Positions 40,463 through 50,628 of a stretch of DNA of 64,000 nucleotides are shown piece by piece. The notes below the pieces were generated by a model, which saw only the letters and a program-made list of their open reading frames with translations, ran no database searches and was not told the DNA's origin. Each line of letters starts with the position of its first letter. The stretch's first letter is position 1. The position numbers and the translations under genes are program-made. The DNA comes from a virus. Taxonomy: Duplodnaviria; Caudoviricetes. The DNA lies in IMG/VR virus record IMGVR_UViG_3300042900_000746, positions 69,871 through 133,870 of that record; one strand, written 5' to 3'.

Positions 40463-42319
40463 TTAAAACATCTTTCTAGAGATTCGACTACTGGAATTCT
40501 TCTTGCGACTCATCCCAGTGGATAAAGCTTGAACTCTTCCAGTAATAAAACTACTGGGATTCTTCTCTTCTTCATCATCTTTAGTACCAGGTTTAGTCAT
40601 AAAAAACTCATTGGAAAATGATTGAGTCTTGTCTGCATAATTGGTTCTAGCAAATTCCCCATAGTTTTGGGTGACAGCCAACAGCGACAGCATTAGGGCG
40701 TCATGGGCGTGGTCTACAGCTGATCCACCAGCTTCAAAGACTGGTCTACCACTACTGGTCATTCTAACAACTACATATGAAATTAATTGAAGATACATTT
40801 CTTCATCATCTTCTGAAAATAGTATATCTTCGCGCTCTAAATACTGACGAAGATTATCGACCATATAAGGTTTCATTTCTTTCTTAATCATTAATTTAGT
40901 ATAAGGATCTCGAACTTCTATGGACTCCCCAAATCCAATGCCCTTAACTCTTTCTTTCATTTTTGAAGATGGATTTTCGACGCCGTATTTTCTTAATAGT
41001 TCTACTTGGACTTCTCCATATCCACGGTCAACATATATATGTTTGGGATTAAAAATTTGATTAAGTTCGATGATTCTATCTACCGCGCGCGTGAGCGTGT
41101 ATTCAGACTTACTAATTTCTTCTCGATAGTACAGTCTTACTTTACCCCTAAATCTTGGGTCCTCATAGTTGTCAGCGCAGACCTCTAAAACGACTATATT
41201 AGTACCTGCTCCATACTTATCCCAGTCAACACCAATTACATGGAATGATCGAGCAGACATAATCTCAGCATGATACTTCCATGGTGGAGATACGAATGCC
41301 CTGTCTATAAACTTTCTTGGATATACTCCTTCTGAGTCTTCTCCCCAGTCAGCTTCTATTTCATGTCGATATCCACTAGAAGAATATTGTTCTCTAAATT
41401 CTTCTTCTTGTTCTTTACTGAAAAATGGATTACAGTATGATGGAAACCAGAACTCTTTAAATCTTGCACTATTGCACCATTCCCAAAATCTTTCTCTACG
41501 ACCAGTTGGAGTAGATGCACCGATCATTACTTTGTCTGGTTGGTCTTCTGCGGTTTTCTGAAGCATAGCATATAGTGCATCGAGGTCGTCCGCATGCATA
41601 TAGTCCATTTCGTCAAGGACAATTAAGTGTGCTTCCTGACCACGAGCAACATCACTCTTTCCGCCTGACTTCATACCAGAAGTGAAGAATCTAATAGTTG
41701 ATCCATTAGAAAACTGAATCATAAACTGCGGGCTAGTAACTTTTCTGGTAATAGAATTAGTTACTACTTCATTTTTTGCTGATATTCTTAATATTTCTTG
41801 ATAGATAAGTTCTACCTGAGTTTTCATTGGCGCGATAACCAATGATCTTCCATCTTTGTGGGTATAACTATAATGCAATAGTTGTATTGCGAGACTGAAT
41901 GTTTTACCCAGACGACGACCAGCTCTAAGAACTTTTCTTAAAGATGGATCTCGCAAAATGAGAATTTGGTATACTCTCAGATCTGCTTGCAAAAATTGTT
42001 TCGCCCAAACAACCGCATCTTTTGCGACGTGCAATTGCCTTTGATGTTCTGAACTAATTCCCGCAGATAATAATTCTTTATCTAATTCGAATGGTTCATC
42101 TATAAGAAGTGATAATTCTTGATTATTTAATTGCCTATTCAATACAGGCGTTCCATCATTCCATGACAAATGATTTAGCTTATTTTCAAAGACCCATTCA
42201 ATTCTATTAATTTGTTTTATTAATTCAGGATCTTGTGCTTTGATTATTTCAAGAAGATCTTCTCTTGAAAGAGCTTCTAAAGATTCTCTAAATTGTTTTG
42301 TCTTACTTGATACAGTCAT
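40463..42319 (-). CDS. terL: Terminase large subunit
   Basis: RAGRRLGKT Walker A, LIVLDEMD Walker B, ASTP motif III, IGVDWD and DHAHDAL RNase H-like nuclease motifs. Confidence 0.92.
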   Translation of the reverse strand: MTVSSKTKQFRESLEALSREDLLEIIKAQDPELIKQINRIEWVFENKLNHLSWNDGTPVLNRQLNNQELSLLIDEPFELDKELLSAGISSEHQRQLHVAKDAVVWAKQFLQADLRVYQILILRDPSLRKVLRAGRRLGKTFSLAIQLLHYSYTHKDGRSLVIAPMKTQVELIYQEILRISAKNEVVTNSITRKVTSPQFMIQFSNGSTIRFFTSGMKSGGKSDVARGQEAHLIVLDEMDYMHADDLDALYAMLQKTAEDQPDKVMIGASTPTGRRERFWEWCNSARFKEFWFPSYCNPFFSKEQEEEFREQYSSSGYRHEIEADWGEDSEGVYPRKFIDRAFVSPPWKYHAEIMSARSFHVIGVDWDKYGAGTNIVVLEVCADNYEDPRFRGKVRLYYREEISKSEYTLTRAVDRIIELNQIFNPKHIYVDRGYGEVQVELLRKYGVENPSSKMKERVKGIGFGESIEVRDPYTKLMIKKEMKPYMVDNLRQYLEREDILFSEDDEEMYLQLISYVVVRMTSSGRPVFEAGGSAVDHAHDALMLSLLAVTQNYGEFARTNYADKTQSFSNEFFMTKPGTKDDEEEKNPSSFITGRVQALSTGMSRKKNSSSRISRKMF

Positions 42320-42322
42320 AAA

Positions 42323-44014
42323 TCATCCATAGTGGGCAGCCATCATTGCGCCCTCTGATCCTAGCATACTTCTTGCATTTAATCTAGAGTTTTGAATAGC
42401 CATAACTCCTCGTGATCTTGAAGTTGCTGCTGCTTCTGTATCCTTATACCCCATTCCAAATGATGGTTTATAAATATCTCCTTGTAAAGATTTTCCAGCG
42501 TCTTTAGCTAAGTTAATTCCGCTCTTGACAACTTCTCCTGCCATCTTACCCAAGTCATAGACTAAGGCTGCTGTAGCTATAACATTCAATCCGGGTATAG
42601 CCATTGCTGCTGCTCTAGCTCCAAGTACCTTTGCACCAGATTTTGTACCTAGTGCTTCCATGACTCCTTTACTGCCAAGTGTTTTAAAAGCGCCTTGTTC
42701 TAGAACATGATGTGCTGCCTCTAAGCCAACTTTGCCCGCAATTTGCTTTTGCCCTAAAGATTCTGCCATTTGGGCAACTGCTTTTTCTGCGCCACTCAAA
42801 GCTTTTCCTTCTAGTCCACCTTTACGAGCATACCCCTGAGCTCCTCTGAAATAACCAGCTGCATATCTAGTTGCCTCGCCAGACATGGATGATGCTATTA
42901 AGTTACCTCTAGACCCACTTTTCAGACCGTCGTCTAGAATGCTTATATTTTGTCCGAATTGAACATTAACATCTCTAAATTGATTAGAGAAAGGCACCAT
43001 CATTCCTGCGCCTTTTCTTGCAGCTCTACCAGCTGGGCCTGCTCCTTTTCCATAATACATTTTGGGGCCTGCCTTACTGGTACCAGCAAAAGATTTGCCT
43101 TTTCTGACATGAAGTCTTCCAGTTTTAACATTTGGTTCCAACATAGCTCCGCCACCTGGCAAAAATTGACCACCAGTATACGTTCTTCCATTCATAACAA
43201 CTCTTTGACCAGCTGGTACTCGAAGTTGCGTAGTCAGATCATGTCTAAGAACTCCTGGAAGTGTTTTTTCAGCCATCAATCCTGGATTATTCATTGCAGC
43301 TAAACTACGTATATTCCTATCTAATATATCTAATTTTTTTCGTGCCCTGGCTGCACGTCCTCCTGATCCAGCAGCTCTTCTTTCCAATAGGTCTGCTTTT
43401 CTACCTGCACTTACAAAAGAAAGTAAACCTGGACCAAATGCTGATTCTCCAGCGGCGGCAGTTGATCCTGAGCTTTGAGCAAATTTTCTACCCATTTTAG
43501 TATTACCTAAGAAACCTGATGCGCCAAATGGAGAATACATTCCACCTTGGCCCATCGTACTTATTGAATGAAGACGGCCCATAGCTCTTGGTCTTGCAGT
43601 CAAGGTGTTAACTCTAGCTCCACGGAAGAATCCAGCTTTTTGAGTTGGGTTTGCCCCCAGTAGGCCTCCTACTGCGCCAGTAGAGGCAGATTGTGTAGCA
43701 AGTCTTTCTGCTCGCCTTCCAAGGATCCCACGACCACCTGCTATCCTTCCTCCACCAACAAAATTAGCTTTATTTCTTGCCGAAAGAACTCCATCTTGAT
43801 CCATGACCCTGAATTTATTGGCCATGCGTGACCCTTTTGCGTGTTTGTAGTCCATATAACCACCACGCATTATGGTGTTAGATCCTCTTGCAGAGCTAAA
43901 TCCTATGGAAGTTGCTATACCTGGTAGATTTTCTGTCATACGCATTGCTAAAGGTGCCTGGACACCAGCTGTATCCATGGCTTCTTGCATTACTTGTTCT
44001 CTCATAACTGCCAT
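42323..44014 (-). CDS. Basic Gly/Ala/Arg-rich protein, candidate internal or ejected virion protein
   Basis: Composition; hydrophobic AAAMAIPGLNVIATAALVY segment. Confidence 0.55.
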   Translation of the reverse strand: MAVMREQVMQEAMDTAGVQAPLAMRMTENLPGIATSIGFSSARGSNTIMRGGYMDYKHAKGSRMANKFRVMDQDGVLSARNKANFVGGGRIAGGRGILGRRAERLATQSASTGAVGGLLGANPTQKAGFFRGARVNTLTARPRAMGRLHSISTMGQGGMYSPFGASGFLGNTKMGRKFAQSSGSTAAAGESAFGPGLLSFVSAGRKADLLERRAAGSGGRAARARKKLDILDRNIRSLAAMNNPGLMAEKTLPGVLRHDLTTQLRVPAGQRVVMNGRTYTGGQFLPGGGAMLEPNVKTGRLHVRKGKSFAGTSKAGPKMYYGKGAGPAGRAARKGAGMMVPFSNQFRDVNVQFGQNISILDDGLKSGSRGNLIASSMSGEATRYAAGYFRGAQGYARKGGLEGKALSGAEKAVAQMAESLGQKQIAGKVGLEAAHHVLEQGAFKTLGSKGVMEALGTKSGAKVLGARAAAMAIPGLNVIATAALVYDLGKMAGEVVKSGINLAKDAGKSLQGDIYKPSFGMGYKDTEAAATSRSRGVMAIQNSRLNARSMLGSEGAMMAAHYG

Positions 44015-44016
44015 TA

Positions 44017-44838
44017 TTAATAGCCCTTTCTGGAGTTATGCATTCCTAGAACTATATTACCTGACGCACCCGTGTCATTCATTATTTGCTGTGTACCTCT
44101 ACCAGAGTAAGGTGAACTGGCAAAGAACTCTGCGTTGTCGTTCATATAAGATTTAGTTGAAATTCCAGCTGCGGTTATAGGTGCAGCGCCACCGATAGTA
44201 GCTCCCATCCCTGCGCCCATAACTCCACCTACTATTCCCTTAGCAACTTTTCCAAATGTACTACCGCCAGATTTCGCTCCTAATAAAGCCCCTCCTATGC
44301 CTCCTGTTACTCCTCCAAGTCCAACTCCAGCAACCGTTTGCCCACCTATACCGTCAGCACTGAGTGTACCCATTCCTCCGCCAACTACGGCTCCTATTAG
44401 AGCTCCCGCTACTCCGCTTTTAATTCCTTTTCTTGCGCCCAACATTCCTCCTGCAGCAGCCCCGAGCGTTCCGCCCATAATGGCCCCTCCGGCTGCTGCT
44501 CCTGGTGCGCCAGGTAAAATTGAATTAGTTTTAGTAAAGTCTTTAGGGCTAGTCATTTGGATAGCTGTTCCTAAAGGACCGCCTATTCCGGCACCAACTA
44601 ATGACCTGGCAGAAAATTTACTTCCCATAAAGTATCTGTCTGCATTTTCATCTCCAAGACCAACTTCCAATGCAGCATCTCTTGCTGCTGGGCCAACTTT
44701 ACTTGCAAGACCAGCAGTTCCTGCAATAGCTCCAATTGCCATCAAGGATCCTCTATTCGTACCAAGACGAGACAAACTTCTCCCAGCTGCTCCTCCTGCT
44801 CCTCCTGCTACTCTCCCTAATGAGCTTAAAATTGACAT
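44017..44838 (-). CDS. Glycine-zipper membrane-active protein, candidate ejection protein
   Basis: Multiple GxxxGxxxG hydrophobic repeats. Confidence 0.6.
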   Translation of the reverse strand: MSILSSLGRVAGGAGGAAGRSLSRLGTNRGSLMAIGAIAGTAGLASKVGPAARDAALEVGLGDENADRYFMGSKFSARSLVGAGIGGPLGTAIQMTSPKDFTKTNSILPGAPGAAAGGAIMGGTLGAAAGGMLGARKGIKSGVAGALIGAVVGGGMGTLSADGIGGQTVAGVGLGGVTGGIGGALLGAKSGGSTFGKVAKGIVGGVMGAGMGATIGGAAPITAAGISTKSYMNDNAEFFASSPYSGRGTQQIMNDTGASGNIVLGMHNSRKGY

Positions 44839-44842
44839 TTAG

Positions 44843-47800
44843 CTATCCTCCAAAAAGATGATTATATTTATTTGGGCCCATTTGAGTATGCCCAATTTTT
44901 GCTCGATCTAGATTTCCAACAACTCCAGCAGTGACTAATGGATCTTTTCTAACAGAAGAGACTTGGCTGAATACTCTACTTGAAACCCTCATGTCATCAG
45001 TGGTTATATTTCTTTCAGTAGGCTGTTGTTGTAAGGTTTCTTCATAAAGCTGTTTTTCTCTACCCTTTTTATAAGCATAGTAACCAGTAGCTGCTATTCC
45101 TAAACCTAATGCTCCGTATCCCATTTTAACTTTATGAGATGCATAGAATTCTGCTACTTTATTAACCTCAAGGCCAGATTTACCACGACGAATATTTTTT
45201 CCAATTGTTGTAGCACTAGACGGATCTGCTTCTATCATCTCTGTAAGTTGATTAGCATTATGTACTGACTTAGATATCTTTCTTCCATTGCCAAGATCTA
45301 CAAGTTCTTCAGCTTCTTTCACCTGACCTGATAATCCAGCAGCTTCTGCTGCTTCGCGATCAAAGTATTGACCAACAACAAAATTGTCTGCCGTATGACC
45401 CGTCCGCTGCTCTGAAGCTGTTCTAACATTTAGAAACACATCATTGTCAGTTGGAATACCTAATTGTCGGATATTAGATATAATTTCTGCGGAAGCCGTT
45501 TCGTCTGCATGAGCTACGACAATTCCTCTATCTCTAATAGATCTATTCAAATTTTCAACTTGTACCTCATCAATTTGTGGCAATCCGGTTGGTCCCATCG
45601 GCCCAACTTTTGCTGCAGCTTGCACATCACTAACTGCGGATAGTACTGAAGCATCTACCTTAGCTTCATCCCCTCCCATTAATGATATTACCCTATCCCT
45701 ATCCTGCATAATCTCTAATATATTTCTAGCAAGTTGTTTTGATTCTGATTCCTTCTTCATTTGTTTTTCAACTAGCCAAACTGCGTTAACTTGGTCTGCG
45801 CCTCCAGCTTTAGCATTTTTGAAAATGGATATTCCTACATTTTTTATTGTATCGTCAGGATTTATCATTCTTAGGGCTTCGCGTGCTATTTCTGGAGGAA
45901 GACGTACTTTGTTAACTGTGTCTGTTGCTATTGCATTAATAACTTTTGTATCTCTTTGTGATTTAAAGAAGGTCATTCCGAGTTCAGATATAAGATTAGG
46001 TTTAGCTGAATGTGATATATCTTCTGCTAAATAGCCGACTGCAGGTCCAGCCCTATTCGCCGCATGCGCCGTGCTACTCGTGGCGCTAGACATAATTGTA
46101 GAATAGACTCTGTCATTCATGTCCATTACGCCTGCGTAAGGATCCCCAATGTCAGAAAACGCTTTAGCTATCTGTTCAGCTTTTCCAAGATCATAATTAT
46201 TTAATCCTTGTTGGAAAACTGACTGAGCTGGAGCTCTGCCTCGAGCAACTCTCATTTGATCACTCTGAGATAAACCACTTCCCAATTCCCTATATGTAGT
46301 TCCCAAGGTATCTGTAACATCTTGTATTGTAGCGGAATTTCTACCAGCAACACTAGCAGCTTGCCTTGCACCATGTGTCGGTAGTACTGCTGTAGATATC
46401 CGTGCTAATTCATCTATCTTCGAAGCACGTCCGTAGGAAATTCCAGTGTCGAGAATGGATTCTAGAGCCCTATTCCTAGGACCAGTTAGACTGCCTACAG
46501 TAATATTAGGAAGATTCCTAGATCCTCCTAAAGCAAAATCTGTATCATTTCTAGCATCATCAAGTATCTTAGTAATTATTTTTTCAGATTCTGTTTGATC
46601 AAGAAGTTCTTTTTTACCATGTGATGTTGCAAAATAGAATCCTTCAACTGAATTACTTGTTGCCTTGTGATATGCCAATGTTCCTTGTTTGGTTTGATTG
46701 CCGACAAGACCTAATCCAGACATTTGATTTATCTGTTCTCTAGATAATGATAAAGATACTTCTTGCAAACCTTTTGGCGTATCTCTCACATGTTTGAAAA
46801 CTGTTTCAGACATGTGTTGCACGTTAGCAATATTTGTCGTTGCATTAACTGCACTAGACTGAGCTATTTTTGATCTAGCAAAATTACCAAAGTCAGTTTT
46901 CCCCAATGCTTCATCAGCTATTTCCTGTGCAGTCTTACCTATAGATTGTTGATCAGCTATAGGTCGTATTTTTAATCTACCTGACTGCACATAATTACCT
47001 ATGTACGTCTGAAGGTGTACGTCAGTTTCAGCTACGTGTGAACCTTTTTGGATTAAACCAAATAATTCTTCTGCCTGTCCATCTTTTTCTATTAACTCAA
47101 AAAGGTTAGTATTGAGAGCTAAGTTTGTGACTGATCCGTATGATGCGCTACCGCCAATGTGTACTTTACTTAGCGTTTCTTGCGCAAAGAGATTTTTAAC
47201 ATAGGCATTAGATCGTGCCTCCCCGTCCAAATAGCTTCCAAGATTAGTGGCTTGTTCAGCCTGATTCTTAATATATGCCCTAGTAGATTCAAGGGTATCC
47301 ACAAAATACTCCTTATCATCCATGGCCCTTTGGGTGAATTGATCTATTGCTCTTTGTGCCCCTAAATGAGATCCAAAACCATCTTGCTTCATCGCAGTGC
47401 TTATCATGTGATCTATGTCGAAGTTAAGGTTGTGACCAGCAACTCTGTCTGCCTCAAGAAGCTTATTGAAAAACCTTTCTACTTCATCTAGATATGTAGA
47501 GCCACCTTCGCCCATTTGCTTTGAAGTGGTACCAACTTCAACATTTGCTAGATGTTCGGTCAGGGATGTTACTGCCTGATTTTGAGTCTTCGTATCAAAT
47601 GTAGTTACATTTACTCCAGATAATTTATTAGATTGAAAAGAAACGTTAAAATCTTCAAGAGTTGTAGGCTTGCTTATTTGCCCAGTGTCGTCCAATATCG
47701 ACTCAGCGATAGTCATAGATCTTGTATCAGAAAATATGTCTACTCCTGTTGTTTCAATATCTATAGTAGCTATTTTTAAAGTTTGACCTTGAGTCGGCGT

Positions 47801-48430
47801 TTGCCCAAATATTTTTTCAGGGCTACGTCCTTTTGATGAATGAAAAAGGTTCGATAATGAACGATGTGACATTTGTTCACCGCTGCCAATATTTAGTGAA
47901 TCCAATCCCCTTTTATTAGGATCAAAGTTAACCGACATTCTGTTTAATAATATTTGAGCTGGATGGACAATACCTTGTTCGTTGTCAACTGAAAATTGAA
48001 ATAAGTCTTTGTATAAGTTTGCATTTGGCATATCATATGCTGGTAAGCCTACCTCTTTAATGAGATCACCCATTCTCATGACATCATTCATATATGATTT
48101 ATATAGTTTATCTCTAGTTTCTCTATTTAAAACTGATAAATCTGTTTTACCTTGCCTTTTCATCAATTCAACATTTACTGTTGAACCCTTAGCGTGATTC
48201 AATTTATTACTTATTGCCGCTTCGTAATCTTTTTGGAATCTTCCATATCTTTCTAAGAACTCATCTTCTGTCCCAAATACTTTATTCATCTGGCTTTCAG
48301 TAATTGGTGCTTGTTGAAAAAAGGAATCTTGAGTTATTTTTTGACCCACTCTAGCTTTGGGATCTAGATTATCCATAAGAGCTTTTACTAGATTAGACCT
48401 AGCCAGAGCGCTGTCTCTTATCCTAGCCAT
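44843..48430 (-). CDS. 1195-aa protein with DEDDh (DnaQ-like) 3'-5' exonuclease domain and C-terminal hydrophobic segment
   Basis: ExoI IDIETTG (~47744-47764), ExoII AGHNLNFD, VDTL and ExoIII SHVAETD (~47021-47042); C-terminal GYGALGLGIAATGYYAY. Confidence 0.75.
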   Translation of the reverse strand: MARIRDSALARSNLVKALMDNLDPKARVGQKITQDSFFQQAPITESQMNKVFGTEDEFLERYGRFQKDYEAAISNKLNHAKGSTVNVELMKRQGKTDLSVLNRETRDKLYKSYMNDVMRMGDLIKEVGLPAYDMPNANLYKDLFQFSVDNEQGIVHPAQILLNRMSVNFDPNKRGLDSLNIGSGEQMSHRSLSNLFHSSKGRSPEKIFGQTPTQGQTLKIATIDIETTGVDIFSDTRSMTIAESILDDTGQISKPTTLEDFNVSFQSNKLSGVNVTTFDTKTQNQAVTSLTEHLANVEVGTTSKQMGEGGSTYLDEVERFFNKLLEADRVAGHNLNFDIDHMISTAMKQDGFGSHLGAQRAIDQFTQRAMDDKEYFVDTLESTRAYIKNQAEQATNLGSYLDGEARSNAYVKNLFAQETLSKVHIGGSASYGSVTNLALNTNLFELIEKDGQAEELFGLIQKGSHVAETDVHLQTYIGNYVQSGRLKIRPIADQQSIGKTAQEIADEALGKTDFGNFARSKIAQSSAVNATTNIANVQHMSETVFKHVRDTPKGLQEVSLSLSREQINQMSGLGLVGNQTKQGTLAYHKATSNSVEGFYFATSHGKKELLDQTESEKIITKILDDARNDTDFALGGSRNLPNITVGSLTGPRNRALESILDTGISYGRASKIDELARISTAVLPTHGARQAASVAGRNSATIQDVTDTLGTTYRELGSGLSQSDQMRVARGRAPAQSVFQQGLNNYDLGKAEQIAKAFSDIGDPYAGVMDMNDRVYSTIMSSATSSTAHAANRAGPAVGYLAEDISHSAKPNLISELGMTFFKSQRDTKVINAIATDTVNKVRLPPEIAREALRMINPDDTIKNVGISIFKNAKAGGADQVNAVWLVEKQMKKESESKQLARNILEIMQDRDRVISLMGGDEAKVDASVLSAVSDVQAAAKVGPMGPTGLPQIDEVQVENLNRSIRDRGIVVAHADETASAEIISNIRQLGIPTDNDVFLNVRTASEQRTGHTADNFVVGQYFDREAAEAAGLSGQVKEAEELVDLGNGRKISKSVHNANQLTEMIEADPSSATTIGKNIRRGKSGLEVNKVAEFYASHKVKMGYGALGLGIAATGYYAYKKGREKQLYEETLQQQPTERNITTDDMRVSSRVFSQVSSVRKDPLVTAGVVGNLDRAKIGHTQMGPNKYNHLFGG

Positions 48431-48432
48431 TT

Positions 48433-49149
48433 TTAAATCTCTTCCTTATCTTCTTCTACTATGATGTAGTCATCTTTATCGTAAGTGCCAAGCTTCTTCT
48501 TAATAAGCTTTTCTCTTTCGATTTCAATATGCTGAACTTTATGAATAATGTCTGAAATTGCTTGAGCTGTATCAAGTTGAGTCTGCCCAATCTTTGCTTT
48601 AGCTTCTCTCGTTGCTAATAGTTGATTGCGTAAATCTTTTCTGCGCTTGTGTAAACGATCTTCTAGTTCTACGGCTAAGTGAAGTTCTTTCTTAATGATT
48701 GGTTGACCCTGATGGTCAATGCCAATAATGTTTTCTTGAATGAAATGTTCTTTTGCAAGTAATTTAGTTTTACGAATGTACTGCACTTCTTGATCTACTA
48801 GGTCTCTTATCATGGATACTTCAACTAAGTTATCAGATTGCACATCCAGTTGTTCCATATACTCCGCTGTGAACTGTGCAACTATTGACATTTCAATAGG
48901 ACATGGATTACCTTTTGGCGCAAGATTTTCTTTGAGTAACGGACATGTATCTGCGAATGTACACTTCGTTGCTTCGCAGTTCATAGGAATAGAAGAGAAC
49001 ATTGAAGTCCTAGTTTTTTGTGGGCGAACTAATTCAACCGCTCTTTCTTTCTCATCATCAGTCCATGTTTCAGGGAAGAAAAGATCTGGGCGTAAAGACT
49101 CGAACTGTTTCATGAAATCAGTTTTATTTGCTTTTTCTATATTAGACAT
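48433..49149 (-). CDS. Cys-cluster helical protein, possibly terminase small subunit
   Basis: CEATKCTFADTCP...CP cluster followed by a coiled coil; the function is a positional guess. Confidence 0.4.
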   Translation of the reverse strand: MSNIEKANKTDFMKQFESLRPDLFFPETWTDDEKERAVELVRPQKTRTSMFSSIPMNCEATKCTFADTCPLLKENLAPKGNPCPIEMSIVAQFTAEYMEQLDVQSDNLVEVSMIRDLVDQEVQYIRKTKLLAKEHFIQENIIGIDHQGQPIIKKELHLAVELEDRLHKRRKDLRNQLLATREAKAKIGQTQLDTAQAISDIIHKVQHIEIEREKLIKKKLGTYDKDDYIIVEEDKEEI

Positions 49150-49312
49150 TTAAATCAATCCATTCGGTACTATAGGAACTATCTGAATAGAACCTTTGTA
49201 TGGTAGCACTTTTGCAATACGAACAATAATCATCACGAACTAAACAGTCACTTTTGAAATCATAATATTCACTAACTGTTTCAGTTTTCTTGTCACATCT
49301 AGGACAATTCAT
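49142..49312 (-). CDS. 56-aa zinc-ribbon protein (MNCPRCDKK...YCSYCK...)
   Basis: Manually translated; two CxxC pairs; fills the gap between neighbours with overlapping ends; below the ORF-track size cut-off. Confidence 0.65.
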   Translation of the reverse strand: MNCPRCDKKTETVSEYYDFKSDCLVRDDYCSYCKSATIQRFYSDSSYSTEWIDLNV

Positions 49313-49712
49313 CCAAGGCTTTCATTAAACCTTTTTGCAGTTTTCCTGCGAGGTCTGCGTTCTGTGCCGCGTTAAAGAAAATTCCAATTTCTCTAATTTC
49401 ATCAGAGTTTAAATATGAAGATAATTTATATCTTGCACCCTTGCATACTTCACAATAAGTTTCCTGAACTTCATTGTAGCAGATACATTTTTCTATGATG
49501 TCAAAGAATTCTAAAGCCTGAGCTATTTCAAACCATTTGTTTTTAAACAACTTTTTAGTTTGCTCTTTATAAGCTCTAAGTTTATGGGGATCATTTGATA
49601 GAAGTGTTCCCATATCAAGAGAATGCTTCATAAGGTCATTGATACCTTTATATAAAAAATTAGCTAACTGAAAATCACCATTAACATCTGTAAACTTTTT
49701 CCAATCATTCAT
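49299..49712 (-). CDS. Hypothetical protein with CxC...CxxC zinc motif
   Basis: KCIC...YCEVCKG. Confidence 0.65.
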   Translation of the reverse strand: MNDWKKFTDVNGDFQLANFLYKGINDLMKHSLDMGTLLSNDPHKLRAYKEQTKKLFKNKWFEIAQALEFFDIIEKCICYNEVQETYCEVCKGARYKLSSYLNSDEIREIGIFFNAAQNADLAGKLQKGLMKALDELS

Positions 49713-49736
49713 GACATACTACATCTTTCTTATTAA

Positions 49737-50015
49737 TTAAACGTATCTTCCAGATCCTTTAGCTGTTGGTTGAGGGTTTATAGGTTCAGGCTTTCTTCTT
49801 GAGGCCATACCAACTCCGCCAACTGCACCTCCGCCGAGTAATAGTCTTTGTCCTTGTTGAGATTGCCTCATTCTGATCATTTGGTTATGATCAAACCCTT
49901 TTGCAGCACCTGTTGCTTGCAATTTTTGTGCATTTTTCGCACCAGATCCGAGATATTTTACAGCTCTTTCAGAATCCATTCTTAGAGCTTTTCCTATAAG
50001 GTTCTTATAGTTCAT
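49737..50015 (-). CDS. Small basic protein with hydrophobic Gly-rich segment
   Basis: LLLGGGAVGGVGMA followed by a basic tail ending GSGRYV. Confidence 0.6.
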   Translation of the reverse strand: MNYKNLIGKALRMDSERAVKYLGSGAKNAQKLQATGAAKGFDHNQMIRMRQSQQGQRLLLGGGAVGGVGMASRRKPEPINPQPTAKGSGRYV

Positions 50016-50329
50016 TATGCGAATCTCCCTACGCCTCTACCTGTTTGCGTTGGTCCACGATAGGCTGTTCTAGACTGATTTGAATTGGGTCTGGCTGCGG
50101 TCATTGATCCAGCACCGAGAACTCCCATTCCTATTAAAGTTGGTTTTCTACCAACACGAACGGCAGTGGATTCTGCGGTTCTTTGGAGAGCCAAGCGTTT
50201 AGCAGTAGAACCAGCTCCTCTCATCCCAACTGGCAGAGCCGTGTGTGCTGCTACTGCCTGCGCTGCTTTTCTGCCTTCGGGCATCATTTTCCCTACTGTC
50301 CCATAGAGTGCCTTCATTGCTGACTTCAT
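50015..50329 (-). CDS. Small basic protein with hydrophobic Gly-rich segment
   Basis: TLIGMGVLGAGSM followed by a tail ending GVGRFA. Confidence 0.6.
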   Translation of the reverse strand: MKSAMKALYGTVGKMMPEGRKAAQAVAAHTALPVGMRGAGSTAKRLALQRTAESTAVRVGRKPTLIGMGVLGAGSMTAARPNSNQSRTAYRGPTQTGRGVGRFA

Positions 50330-50331
50330 AA

Positions 50332-50613
50332 TTATCTCCCGTACATTCCAGTAGGTCTACCACCTGCAAATTTATCTACGCCACGACCTCTTCGACCACT
50401 CAAGCCATATCCACCAACGCTAACAGCACCTAGGCCAATAGCTGCTGACTTTCCAGGATTCTTCACTATCCGTTGTGCCGTTTTACTGTTCTTAGCAAAA
50501 CCTCTGACAGCGGATGAAGTACCAGTAGCTGCTCTTGAGACATTTGCAGATGTAGCTCTCCCCTTCATCGCGTTAACCCCTTGTTTCACAAGTCCTGTAG
50601 CTCTTTGTAACAT
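50332..50613 (-). CDS. Small basic protein with hydrophobic Gly-rich segment
   Basis: AAIGLGAVSVGGYGL followed by a tail ending TGMYGR; AGGAG RBS. Confidence 0.6.
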   Translation of the reverse strand: MLQRATGLVKQGVNAMKGRATSANVSRAATGTSSAVRGFAKNSKTAQRIVKNPGKSAAIGLGAVSVGGYGLSGRRGRGVDKFAGGRPTGMYGR

Positions 50614-50628
50614 TGTCAGTTTCTCCTA

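Noticed and set aside
40463-42319. Intein or intron in terminase (also checked recA and the capsid gene)
   Set aside because: Lengths are normal, motifs are contiguous, and there are no intein or homing endonuclease signatures
894-50306. Plus-strand ORFs of 60-250 aa inside the late region (e.g. 22394..23137, 44297..44842, 9366..9842)
   Set aside because: Antisense shadows of long minus-strand genes, with no RBS or recognisable motifs
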